A DNA stretch of 52,529 nt, taken from Flavobacteriales bacterium. Lineage in GTDB: Bacteria; Bacteroidota; Bacteroidia; Flavobacteriales_F; PHOS-HE28. Positions 9,940-18,995 of the stretch are shown here, in pieces. The stretch spans positions 1 to 52,529 of the forward strand of contig JBGATL010000001.1 in the NCBI GenBank assembly GCA_044229215.1. Reading direction: 5' to 3'. The stretch's first letter is position 1. Each line of letters starts with the position of its first letter. The notes under the pieces are model-generated. The model was given only the letters and a program-made list of their open reading frames with translations, was not told the DNA's origin and did not search any database. A program made the translations under genes and the position numbers.

Positions 9940-11016
9940 TCAGGCCGCCATGCCCACCTGCCGCAGGTACACCAAGTGTGACCACAAGGCGCTGCGCAGT
10001 GTCGGGAACTCGCGGTACTTCACCCCGAACTCGGCACATACCTGCTTGAGGCGTTTGTTGATCTCGGGGTAGTGAACGTGGCTGATGCGTGGGAAGAGGT
10101 GGTGCTCCACCTGGAAGTTGAGGCCGCCGAAGAGCCAGTTCCACACCTTGTTGTGCGTGGCGAAGTTCACGGTGGTGTTCACCTGATGGATGGCCCATTC
10201 GTTCTCGATCCGGTCGCCATCGGTCGGTGGGTTAACGAAGTCGGTATCCTCCACCACATGGGCCAGTTGGAAGACCACGGCGATGAACACACCGGTGACG
10301 AAGACCATGACCCCGTAGCCCACCAACGTAGGCACCACACCTGCGAAGAACATCGGCAGGACGATGAAGACCAGGACATAGGACACCTTCGTGACCCAGA
10401 AGATGATGTGCTCCTTCAGGCTCATCGGCTTCATCGGCGTATGGTCGGCGATCTTCCCGCTGAAATACTTCTTAAGGTCGTTGTAGAAGACCCAGAAGAG
10501 GTAGGTGAGTCCGTAGAGCAGTAGGCCGTAGATGTGCTGGAAACGGTGGAACCAGTGCTTCGGTTGGTGCGGATGTACACGCATCCAGGGTTTGATGTCG
10601 ATGTCGTCATCCATGCCCTCCACATTGGTGAAGGTGTGGTGATTCTCGTTGTGCTTCTGTTTCCACAGGTACACGCTGCCGCCAAGCAGGTTAAGGGAGT
10701 GGCCCATCAGCTCATTCACCCACTTCTTCCGGCTGTAGCTGCCATGGGCACCATCGTGCATCACATTGAAGCCGATACTTGCCACCACCAGGCCGAGCAG
10801 CGCGCATAGACCAAGGGACAGCAACACCGAAGCGGGCGTGAAGAACACCAGCACCACGTACAGTGCGACGAGCGAGGCGGTGAGGATGACGGTCTTCCAG
10901 TACAAACGTGCGTCGCCGGTCTTCTGCAGGTTGTTCTCCTTGAAGTAGGCGTCGGTCACTTCCCGTACACGTTGGAAGAAGACGGGAGGTTTCTTGGCGA
11001 ATGTGGTCGTGACCAT
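9940..11016 (-). CDS. Membrane fatty-acid desaturase, front-end type (no cytochrome b5 fusion)
   Basis: ORF 9940..11208 trimmed to the ATG at 11016 (MVTTTFAKKPPVFFQRV...). Three histidine boxes: HDGAH, HNENHH and QVEHH. A Gln in the third box is the hallmark of front-end desaturases. Several TM helices. Confidence 0.9.
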   Translation of the reverse strand: MVTTTFAKKPPVFFQRVREVTDAYFKENNLQKTGDARLYWKTVILTASLVALYVVLVFFTPASVLLSLGLCALLGLVVASIGFNVMHDGAHGSYSRKKWVNELMGHSLNLLGGSVYLWKQKHNENHHTFTNVEGMDDDIDIKPWMRVHPHQPKHWFHRFQHIYGLLLYGLTYLFWVFYNDLKKYFSGKIADHTPMKPMSLKEHIIFWVTKVSYVLVFIVLPMFFAGVVPTLVGYGVMVFVTGVFIAVVFQLAHVVEDTDFVNPPTDGDRIENEWAIHQVNTTVNFATHNKVWNWLFGGLNFQVEHHLFPRISHVHYPEINKRLKQVCAEFGVKYREFPTLRSALWSHLVYLRQVGMAA

Positions 11017-11040
11017 ATGAGAGCAGGTTCCTTGGGGCGG

Positions 11041-11048
11041 CAAAAGTA
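11041..11048 (-). promoter_or_regulatory. Bacteroidota-type -7 promoter element (TACTTTTG on the minus strand) for the desaturase gene
   Basis: Plus strand reads caaaagta. The reverse complement TACTTTTG matches TAnnTTTG. Its last G lies 24 nt upstream of the ATG at 11016. Confidence 0.45.
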
Positions 11049-11229
11049 ACCCAAGGAAGGAGGGCAGGTCCTGATGATCATCCACATCGTGCGGTGGGGA
11101 GTGCGGCGGTCGGCGTTGCCTGGTCAACCGTCCAAGGTGTTGGGGCGGACGCACGTAATACCATCCCGCAGTAAGGTATAGCCCGATCTGCTTGCCCATT
11201 TTCCGCATTGCTTCACCGCCGGACGCGTT

Positions 11230-11290
11230 CCGTAGTCCCCGCTACGCAACGATCCCGTCGTATCGCACTGCGAAAAGATCGCAGCGCATC
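11230..11290. repeat. 61-nt intergenic repeat, copy A
   Basis: ccgtagtccccgctacgcaacgatcccgtcgtatcgcactgcgaaaagatcgcagcgcatc aligns without gaps to 18996..19056 at 48 of 61 positions by hand. It contains the hairpin ctgcga-aaaga-tcgcag. Confidence 0.6.
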
Positions 11291-11422
11291 CTTGGACCAC
11301 CCCTTACTGCGAAATGGCACAAGCCGGTGAACGGGCGCTTCTTCCCGCTATTGGCGATCCCTGGAGGATCAAAATGGACCAACGCCATGTCACGTGTTCA
11401 ATACCTTGTGAGGGTTGGCCCC

Positions 11423-12358
11423 ATGAAACGACCGAACATGACGACCCGCTGGTACCTCATCCCTCTGCTCGCCGTCCCCACCGCACTGGCCGCACAAGAA
11501 CTCACCGGCCCTCAGCCCGACCATGGACTCGGCTTCACCCTGACCATCCCGACGGGGTGGGTCGGCACCGGTGGTCCGGAGGGTTACCTGATCGGCCACG
11601 CCACGGTACCGGGGGCGATCATGGTGAGCGCCGTACGCCACGCGAACCTCGAAGCACTGACCAAGGCCTTCAGCGAGCCCACTGCCGACGGTACTTCGGA
11701 CCTGAGCGTGCAGGGGGAGCCGGTCGTAGGACCCGATAACAGCGTGAAAGTGGTGCAGGTGGGCACCATGCAAGGCACACCGGTGAAGGTGGTGGGCTGC
11801 GCGCAACTGAACCCGTACGGGGGGTACACCGCCAACCTGATCGCGCTTGCGCCGGAGGAAACGTTCAGTGCGGAATTGGAAGCAGCACTGGAGCGCACAT
11901 TCCGGAGCGTACGGTACACCACCCCGAACACCGCCTACCAGGGAGCAGGAAAGGAGGATCGGGCCTGGCATGATCGCCTGGCGGGAGCACGCCTTACCTA
12001 CATGGAGAGCTATTCGAGCCCATCGGCCACGGAGGGTGGCATCGGGGGCGGCTACAGCCTGAACCGCAGGATCGACCTGTGCCCCGCCGGGCGATACACG
12101 ACCCGGACCGATAGCGACCACACCCTGAGCGGTGGTGAGGTGAGCGCGTATGACCAAACGGGCTCGGGCAATGAGGGCCGATGGAGCACGGTGCGGCTGC
12201 CCAATGGGGACACGGTGCTGCGACTTACGCCGACGCAAGGAGCGGTGCAGGAGTACCGGCTCACGGATGAGGGAGGGAAGACCTACCTGGACGGCGCGCG
12301 CTGGTACCGGACCACCTTGGCGGATGATGGCCCTGAATACGCGCCCGACTGCCCCTGA
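11423..12358 (+). CDS. Hypothetical secreted protein
   Basis: ORF 11192..12358 trimmed to the ATG at 11423 (MKRPNMTTRWYLIPLLAVPTALAAQE, signal peptide). No family recognised. Followed by a strong hairpin terminator. The long antisense ORF 11390..12550 looks like a GC-rich shadow frame. Confidence 0.5.
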   Translation: MKRPNMTTRWYLIPLLAVPTALAAQELTGPQPDHGLGFTLTIPTGWVGTGGPEGYLIGHATVPGAIMVSAVRHANLEALTKAFSEPTADGTSDLSVQGEPVVGPDNSVKVVQVGTMQGTPVKVVGCAQLNPYGGYTANLIALAPEETFSAELEAALERTFRSVRYTTPNTAYQGAGKEDRAWHDRLAGARLTYMESYSSPSATEGGIGGGYSLNRRIDLCPAGRYTTRTDSDHTLSGGEVSAYDQTGSGNEGRWSTVRLPNGDTVLRLTPTQGAVQEYRLTDEGGKTYLDGARWYRTTLADDGPEYAPDCP

Positions 12359-12388
12359 TGCGCGGGGCTTCCTCCCGCTCATCAGGGG
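12352..12388 (+). terminator. Rho-independent terminator candidate
   Basis: cccctgatgcgcggggcttcctcccgctcatcagggg. It pairs 9 bp, then one mismatch, then 5 bp plus a G-U pair, around the loop cttcc. It overlaps the stop codon at 12356-12358 and is followed by the T-rich tccattttccgatctttt. Confidence 0.6.
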
Positions 12389-12467
12389 TCCATTTTCCGA
12401 TCTTTTCACATTTCCTTGGCCGCGTTCCATACCGATCGGCAACGCAGGGCGTTGACCGAATGATCCC

Positions 12468-12992
12468 ATGACCCCGGATAAGCGCAAGACCATTGCGATC
12501 GGTATCCTTCTCCTGGCGGGGGCCTTCGCCTTGAAGTGGTGGTACCGCACTGCGACCGTGGATCAATTGGGCTTCGTGCTCACGCCGGTCACCACGTTCA
12601 TCGGCTTGTTCACCGGCACTACAGGCACCTTTGTTCCCGAGCAGGGGCACCTGTTCGGCGAACTGGGCATCGTGGTGGACCGATCCTGTTCGGGGATCAA
12701 CTTCCTCATCATCGCCACGGCCACGTTCACCTTCCTGTGGCTGCGACGGCCCGATGGGGGATGTGCGCGGCCGATCATGACCGCGCTCATCGTCCTCGGT
12801 TCCTGGGGGCTCACCGTCCTGGCCAACACGGGCCGCATCCTCCTCATGGTGTACCTGGACCGGTACGGCTTGCATCCTGGACCCACGGTCCATGAAGCGT
12901 TGGGGGCCTTCTTCTTCCTGGCCTCCCTCCTACTGGCCAGCCTGGCATTCGATCGCATCCTGCCTCGCTCCCTTACCGCCTCCACCAACTGA
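12468..12992 (+). CDS. xrtK: Exosortase family protein, XrtK-like
   Basis: 174 aa polytopic membrane protein with the exosortase catalytic signature: Cys in DRSCSGINF, Arg in LANTGRILL, His in TVHEALG. It lies 5 nt upstream of an MSEP-CTERM protein gene. As I recall the TIGRFAMs/NCBIfam definitions, that is the defining neighbour of exosortase K. Confidence 0.8.
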   Translation: MTPDKRKTIAIGILLLAGAFALKWWYRTATVDQLGFVLTPVTTFIGLFTGTTGTFVPEQGHLFGELGIVVDRSCSGINFLIIATATFTFLWLRRPDGGCARPIMTALIVLGSWGLTVLANTGRILLMVYLDRYGLHPGPTVHEALGAFFFLASLLLASLAFDRILPRSLTASTN

Positions 12993-12997
12993 TACGC

Positions 12998-15796
12998 ATG
13001 CGCACCGCATTGAGCCCGTGGGGCATCCTGATCGGCCACACACTGCCCACCTCCATTCTTATCGCGCTCTACGCGAGCATGCTCACCGTGGTGCATCCGC
13101 TCTTGAGCGATGCGGCCCTCGAACAATGGTGGACGTACGGTGGTGCGCTGGCTGCCGCCACCTGCCTCAGCACCGGATATGCGTTGATGCTCCTGCGCCA
13201 GGGGAGAACGGTGCATTTCGGCTACAGCCTCCTCCTCTTCCTTGCGTACATCCCCTTGTTGTACGGGTTCATGTCGGACTTCCGTGAACTGCTGCCGTGG
13301 GATGTACCACGCTGGATGGTACCGCAGGATGCGGAACTCTATGCCCTGCGCCTGCTCGCCGTCCCCTTGGCACATGCGCTGTTCGTCCTGATCGTTTCCA
13401 GCCTTCAACGGAACGAAAGCGGCTCGCCGGTGCGCGACCTCGGGATCGCGGTGGTCATCCCCATCGCCTGCTACCTCTTCGTACAGGTGATCGAGCCTTG
13501 GCGCTGGGACCTGGACTTCGAGCGCCATGTATGGGTGATCCTGTTCATCACCTTGGTGCTCACCTTCCTCTTCTTCCTGCTGCGTGGTGTCGCCGCCCTG
13601 GTCCTGCGCAAAGGACCTTCCACAGCGGGCACGGGCCTGATCCTGCGTGTGGTGATCGCCCTGGTGCTACCGCTGCTCGGTCTGGCGCTCAACAACGGCT
13701 TGATCCAGGGGGTCTACCGCGAGGCGCAGGGTGTGGTGGGGGATCTGGGGCATTGGGGCTTCTATGCGGTGGCGGTCCTGAACGCGGTGGTGGTGATCTG
13801 GCCTTCGAGTCCGAACCCGCACATCCGCCTGTTCCAGTTCATCCTGCGGGCGACCGGCTTCAGCTACGTGTGTTACTTCTTCCTGCTCTTCCTCCCCTTC
13901 CTTCCGCTGAGCATCGTGGCCATCATCGCCATTGGGATCGGCTTCCTGCTCCTGGCGCCGATCCTGCTCTTCGCGGTGCAAGGCACACAGCTGGTGCAGG
14001 ATGCACGCTACCTGGTCGGTTCCTGTTCGCGTACCTCGCTCCTCGGCCTCTTCGTTTGTGCATTCGCCGTGCTGCCGCTGGTGATCACGGCGAAATACCT
14101 GTGGCATCGGAAGGTGCTGCACGAAGCACTTGACCATGTGTACCACGCTGCGCCTCGACCAGGTGGCAGGGAGGCATTGAACCCCGATGCGATCCGCACG
14201 GTGCTGGATCACGTGGCCGGGAACAAGGAAAGCCGTGCGCGCGGGAACACACCCTTCCTCACGCCCTATTACAACCTTGTGGTGCTGGACAACCTCACGT
14301 TGAGTGAAGGGCGCATCAAGGACCTGCGCCGGATCTTCCTGAACGAGGAGGAGGTCGACGACGGTCGTGTGGATGGCCGGATGATCCCGGACCGTGCACA
14401 ACTGGACACGGCGACGACCCGATCCACCTACCAACAGAACGAACAGGAGTGGCGTACGTGGGTGGAGCTGAGCATGAGCCACCATGTGGCCGGGCAAGGC
14501 GAATACGTGACCACTTTCACCCTGCCCGACGGCGCATGGATCAGCGATACCTACTTGATGATCGAAGGACGGCGGGTGCCCGGCATCCTGGCCGAGAAGA
14601 AGGCCGCTGAATGGGTGTACAGCCAGATCGTGAACGTACGGCGCGACCCCTCGATCACGCGGTATGTGGGGCCGAACACGGTGGAGATGCGCGTATTCCC
14701 CTTTGTGAAGGAGGAAGTGCGACAAGCCGGGTTCGAGGTGCTGCACAAGGAACCGTTCGCACTGAGGATCGACGACACGCACGTGCTGATGCTTGGCGAC
14801 AGTACACACGCCGGGCCCACCGCACCGATCACCACCGGGGATGGGAGCACCACCTACATCAGCGAAGCGGTGAAACGCACCCTGACACCGGTCCAGCGCA
14901 CCAAGGCATTCCACTTCATCGTGGATGGTACGGATGCCCAACGCGCGCGTCGTCCGAACATCATCCGATCGATCGAGGACTTCCTCACCACACATCGGAT
15001 CGATCCATCGGCCGCGACCCTCCACATCGCCGATGCCTACCACGAAGCGCATCGCTGGACGGACGATGCGGCCCAGGAATTGCTCACCCACGTGGGGAAT
15101 GGCGGCTTCTTCAGCGACCGGGCGGTGCGTACCATCATCACGGCAGCCTGCACTGAACCGACCAGCAGCGCCCCCCTGATCGTCTTCGTACCGAACACTA
15201 CGATGGACACCGGTGCCCTCGGGGTCTGGCTGGATGATCTCCACGACATCGCGGCCTGCCTACCGGAAGGCGACCACTTCCATGTTCTACGTGGATCGGG
15301 CACTCTGGAACGGCGATCGTTCCAGGCGCCGGATCACACCCTAAGCGTCGGCGCGGAGATCTTCGATCGGCCGGCCGTACTGGCGTGGCCCGATGCACGA
15401 TCGCCGCAGGGCTACCTGCCATTGAACGGGCCGAGCATCGTGGTGAAGGGTGACCAACCGATACTGACGGGGCCATTGAACGAGCGGAACTGGCAGGATG
15501 CGCTCCGGCTCGAAGGAGCCTGGCGTATCCACCAACTTCACCCGACCGGTGGAACAGAAGCGTGGCGGCAATTGGTCCGCAGCAGCTTCCAGGCCCAAGT
15601 GCTCACGCCCACCACGGCATGGATGTGCCTGGAGGACGAAGCCCAGCGCAATGCCCTACTGAAGAAGCAGGAAGAAGTATTGAATGCAGACAAGGCGCTG
15701 GACACGGAGGAGATCACAGCGATGAGCGAACCCGACATATTCTGGCTCATACTACCGGTCCTGTTGTTCATCGTCCTGCGTTCGAGGCGAGGATAA
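12998..15796 (+). CDS. MSEP-CTERM sorting-domain protein (polytopic N-terminus, VIT-like and vWA-like regions)
   Basis: 932 aa. About a dozen TM helices in the first ~370 aa. VIT-like segment (TFTLPDGAWISDTYLMIEGRRVPGILAEKKAAEWVYSQIV). The C-terminus AMSEPDIFWLILPVLLFIVLRSRRG is an MSEP motif (15722..15733), a TM helix and a basic tail, the PEP-CTERM architecture. Confidence 0.85.
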   Translation: MRTALSPWGILIGHTLPTSILIALYASMLTVVHPLLSDAALEQWWTYGGALAAATCLSTGYALMLLRQGRTVHFGYSLLLFLAYIPLLYGFMSDFRELLPWDVPRWMVPQDAELYALRLLAVPLAHALFVLIVSSLQRNESGSPVRDLGIAVVIPIACYLFVQVIEPWRWDLDFERHVWVILFITLVLTFLFFLLRGVAALVLRKGPSTAGTGLILRVVIALVLPLLGLALNNGLIQGVYREAQGVVGDLGHWGFYAVAVLNAVVVIWPSSPNPHIRLFQFILRATGFSYVCYFFLLFLPFLPLSIVAIIAIGIGFLLLAPILLFAVQGTQLVQDARYLVGSCSRTSLLGLFVCAFAVLPLVITAKYLWHRKVLHEALDHVYHAAPRPGGREALNPDAIRTVLDHVAGNKESRARGNTPFLTPYYNLVVLDNLTLSEGRIKDLRRIFLNEEEVDDGRVDGRMIPDRAQLDTATTRSTYQQNEQEWRTWVELSMSHHVAGQGEYVTTFTLPDGAWISDTYLMIEGRRVPGILAEKKAAEWVYSQIVNVRRDPSITRYVGPNTVEMRVFPFVKEEVRQAGFEVLHKEPFALRIDDTHVLMLGDSTHAGPTAPITTGDGSTTYISEAVKRTLTPVQRTKAFHFIVDGTDAQRARRPNIIRSIEDFLTTHRIDPSAATLHIADAYHEAHRWTDDAAQELLTHVGNGGFFSDRAVRTIITAACTEPTSSAPLIVFVPNTTMDTGALGVWLDDLHDIAACLPEGDHFHVLRGSGTLERRSFQAPDHTLSVGAEIFDRPAVLAWPDARSPQGYLPLNGPSIVVKGDQPILTGPLNERNWQDALRLEGAWRIHQLHPTGGTEAWRQLVRSSFQAQVLTPTTAWMCLEDEAQRNALLKKQEEVLNADKALDTEEITAMSEPDIFWLILPVLLFIVLRSRRG

Positions 15797-15911
15797 GGAG
15801 TTCCAGTACATTGGTCCCGGTCCGTACGGTAAGGTGTGAACCCCTGACACGGATCACGCATGGGGTAGAGTGGAACGCATTGATCGACCAGGACCTCGAA
15901 GAGCACCGCCC

Positions 15912-16997
15912 ATGGCCGAACCCCTGAAGGAGATGTTCAACCTGGCGTTCTTCGAAAGCTTGGTGAAGGAAGTATGCACTGCTGCACCGCGTGTGAAGGG
16001 TCCGGAACTGTTGAAGGACCTGCTGGACGGCAACGAAAGCCGGGAACTCAATGCCCGCATGCGGCATACAAGCATCACCCTGCACAGGCATTTGCCCGCC
16101 GACTTCCGTAAGGCCGTGGACGTGCTGAAGATCGTGGCCCCGCGCATGTCGAAGAACTACACCGCACTGCTCTTCCCGGACTTCGTGGGCCTGTATGGCC
16201 TGGATGACCCCGCGTTCTCGTTCGATGCGCTCAAGTATCTCACCTCCTTCGGCTCCTCGGAGTTCGCCGTGCGCGAATTCTTCCGCCGCGATACGAAGGG
16301 GACCTTGAAGGTGATGCGCCAATGGGCGGAGGATGAGAATGAGCATGTACGCCGCTTGGCCTCCGAAGGTTCACGGCCGCGCCTGCCCTGGTCCTCCCGA
16401 TCGGATGCGGTGGTGAAGGATCCGAGGCTCACCACTCCGATCCTGGAGCGATTGCGCACCGATGATTCGCTCTACGTGCGCAAGTCCGTGGCCAACCACC
16501 TAAACGACATCAGCAAGGACCATCCGGCATACATGATCGGCCTGCTCCGCTCCTGGGACCTTAAGCACCCGCACACCGCGTGGATCGCCAAGCACGCCAG
16601 TCGCACGCTGATCAAAGCGGGCAACGTGGATGCCCTCACCCTGTTCGCCTTCGACCCCAACGTGAAGGTGCGCGTGGAAGGTCTGACGCTATCGACCAAG
16701 CGGATCAAGCTCGGCGAAACGTTGGCATTCTCCTTCACAGTGGTCTCCGAGGCGGCACATACCCAACAACTGGCCCTCGACTACGCCATCCACTACCGCA
16801 AAGCCCATGGCGGTACAGCACGCAAGGTGTTCAAGTTGAAGGAGGTGGAACTTGCTGAACACGCAGTATTCGCCGTGAGTAAACGGCAGCGCTTCGTGGA
16901 CTTCACCACACGAAAGCACTATCCTGGAGAGCACCTGGTGGAGGTATTTGTGAATGGGGAGGTGAAGGCGAAGCGATCCTTCAACATGGTGTGCTGA
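15912..16997 (+). CDS. DNA alkylation repair protein, AlkC-like (HEAT-like repeats plus C-terminal beta domain)
   Basis: ORF 15870..16997 trimmed to the ATG at 15912 (MAEPLKEMFNLAFFESL). Family-typical motifs are SSEFAVREFF, HVRRLASEGSRPRLPW and LYVRKSVANHLNDISKDHP. The C-terminal ~100 aa are beta-rich, as in AlkC-type glycosylases. Confidence 0.7.
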   Translation: MAEPLKEMFNLAFFESLVKEVCTAAPRVKGPELLKDLLDGNESRELNARMRHTSITLHRHLPADFRKAVDVLKIVAPRMSKNYTALLFPDFVGLYGLDDPAFSFDALKYLTSFGSSEFAVREFFRRDTKGTLKVMRQWAEDENEHVRRLASEGSRPRLPWSSRSDAVVKDPRLTTPILERLRTDDSLYVRKSVANHLNDISKDHPAYMIGLLRSWDLKHPHTAWIAKHASRTLIKAGNVDALTLFAFDPNVKVRVEGLTLSTKRIKLGETLAFSFTVVSEAAHTQQLALDYAIHYRKAHGGTARKVFKLKEVELAEHAVFAVSKRQRFVDFTTRKHYPGEHLVEVFVNGEVKAKRSFNMVC

Positions 16998-17145
16998 CCA
17001 TGCTCATCGGTGCTCGGAAAGGTCACCATCGCTCACGAAGGGTGCTTGAAAGCATGGGCTGGCACAGGGATCCCACAGGACCATTCCGTCGGATCCGCAT
17101 GCCCGCTGCACCTGCCTGCTGGTCATTGCGGTTACCTTCATCCCC

Positions 17146-18681
17146 ATGCGCAAGACATTCTGGATCGTCAGCCTCCTGCTCATCCTGCTGATCGCTTTGG
17201 CAGCGTGGGCCGATCAACGCTGGCTTTGGGCGTACACCGTTGTGGGCCCACTGTTCCTGCTGGGCGTATACAACCTGATACAACCGCACCACACCATCCT
17301 GCGGAACTTCCCGGTGCTGGGCTACGCCCGGTATTTCTTCGAGTTCATCTCACCGGAGATCCAGCAATACTTCATTGAACGGCACACCGACGGCCGCCCC
17401 TTCAGCCGCCAACAGCGCTCGTTGGCATACCAGCGGGCCAAGAATGTGGTGGATACCGTTCCGTTCGGCACGCAACTGGACATCAACGCGGCGAACTACG
17501 AGGGCATCCGCCATTCGATCTATCCCAAGCCGCACCCAGGAGAGCCTCCGCGGGTCCGGATCGGAGGAGCGTATTGCCAGAAGCCATACGAGGCCTCACT
17601 CCTCAACATTTCGGCCATGAGCTTCGGGGCACTGAGCGATCGTGCCGTGCTTGCCTTGAATACCGGTGCGAAGAAGGGCGGATTCTACCACAACACGGGC
17701 GAAGGCGGCCTGAGCGATCACCACTTGCAGGGCGGCGGCGACCTGGTGTGGCAGATCGGTACGGGTTACTTCGGCTGTCGCGACAAGGAGGGCCGTTTCG
17801 ACCCCGAACTGTTCCGCAGCAAAGTGGCCGCACATGCACAGGTGCGTATGATCGAGCTGAAGCTCTCCCAAGGGGCCAAGCCCGGCCATGGCGGCGTGCT
17901 GCCTGCCGTGAAGAACACGCCGGAGATCGCGCGCATCCGCCACCTGGAGCCGCACACCACGGTGATCTCGCCCCCAGGCCACAGCGCCTTCAGCGATGCC
18001 ACCGGCTTGTTACATTTCATCGGTCGGCTTCGCGAACTGAGCGGTGGCCTGCCAGTGGGTTTCAAACTATGCATCGGGCGCACCGAGGAATTCACGGAGA
18101 TCTGCGAAAAGATGGTGGGAACGGGTATGCGTCCGGACTTCATCACCGTGGACGGCGCCGAGGGCGGCACGGGGGCCTCACCACTGGAGTTCACCGACAG
18201 TGTGGGCATGCCCATTGAGCCGGCCTTGATGTTCGTGCGCCGCACCTTGGAACGCTACAACCTGCACGACGAGATCAAGGTGATCGCGAGCGGCAAGGTG
18301 CTCACTGCGGCCAGTTTGATGAAGATGTTGGCCTTGGGCGCCGATGTCTGCAATAGTGCCCGTGGATTCCTGTTCTCCCTGGGATGCATCCAGGCCTTGC
18401 GTTGCAACACGAACGACTGCCCCACCGGGATCACGACGCATCAGCGCAGCCTCGTGCGCGGGTTGGTCGTACCCGAAAAGAGTGAGCGCGTGTACCATTT
18501 CCACCGCAATACCCTGCACACGCTGATGGAACTCTTGGCAGCTTGCGGACTGGACCATGTGGAGCAGGTGAACACCGGGCACTTCATGAGGGGGGACGAG
18601 TTCGTGAAGCTGGCCGATCGCTACTTCCCGGATCGGTTGGATCAGGTGATGCATGCCTCACCAAGCGACAACAAGGGGTAG
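17146..18681 (+). CDS. FMN-binding glutamate synthase family protein with N-terminal membrane anchor
   Basis: 511 aa. Two N-terminal TM helices. GltS FMN-domain motifs ISAMSFGALS, NTGEGG and LKLSQGAKPGHGGVLP. The C-terminal TIM-barrel part includes VDGAEGGTGASP. Confidence 0.9.
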   Translation: MRKTFWIVSLLLILLIALAAWADQRWLWAYTVVGPLFLLGVYNLIQPHHTILRNFPVLGYARYFFEFISPEIQQYFIERHTDGRPFSRQQRSLAYQRAKNVVDTVPFGTQLDINAANYEGIRHSIYPKPHPGEPPRVRIGGAYCQKPYEASLLNISAMSFGALSDRAVLALNTGAKKGGFYHNTGEGGLSDHHLQGGGDLVWQIGTGYFGCRDKEGRFDPELFRSKVAAHAQVRMIELKLSQGAKPGHGGVLPAVKNTPEIARIRHLEPHTTVISPPGHSAFSDATGLLHFIGRLRELSGGLPVGFKLCIGRTEEFTEICEKMVGTGMRPDFITVDGAEGGTGASPLEFTDSVGMPIEPALMFVRRTLERYNLHDEIKVIASGKVLTAASLMKMLALGADVCNSARGFLFSLGCIQALRCNTNDCPTGITTHQRSLVRGLVVPEKSERVYHFHRNTLHTLMELLAACGLDHVEQVNTGHFMRGDEFVKLADRYFPDRLDQVMHASPSDNKG

Positions 18682-18841
18682 AAGCCATCTCAAAATAGTT
18701 CTTGGTAGCGAGCCGGAGGAGTTTTCAGGCCAGCCGAGGCGCGAAACCCGCGCATAGCTGGACGCTCTGTAAGGGTTGAGCAACGATGGATGGTCGGAAA
18801 AGGCCCCGGCGCAGCCCGAAGGATCATTTTGAGTTGGCTTC
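18681..18841. repeat. 161-nt inverted-repeat-flanked structured element (MITE-like or ncRNA/terminator)
   Basis: gaagccatctcaaaat (18681-18696) pairs with attttgagttggcttc (18826-18841) at 15 of 16 positions. Nested helices lie inside: ccagc 18730-18734 with gctgg 18757-18761, enclosing gcgcg-aaacc-cgcgc at 18739-18753. It shares the word ggcgcagcc(c/g)gaag(g)atcatt with 41583-41602. Confidence 0.5.
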
Positions 18842-18995
18842 TAGTGCATGAGGGAACCGGGCCTCCGTCCACAACCTCCAAGCGCCGCGCCCGGATGCCG
18901 ATCCCAAAAGACACGGGCATGTTATACCATCCACGCATTCAAGATCCGCCGATCCACTTGCACTCTTTCCGGATGACTTCTCCCCAGAACAGATG

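Noticed and set aside
13667-15244. 525-aa minus-strand ORF inside the MSEP-CTERM gene. Similar long antisense ORFs occur at 11390..12550, 38428..39801, 36840..37652 and 12563..13528.
   Set aside because: All lie opposite genes with clear family signatures and translate to Arg/His/Gly/Pro-rich sequence. I treat them as composition artefacts.
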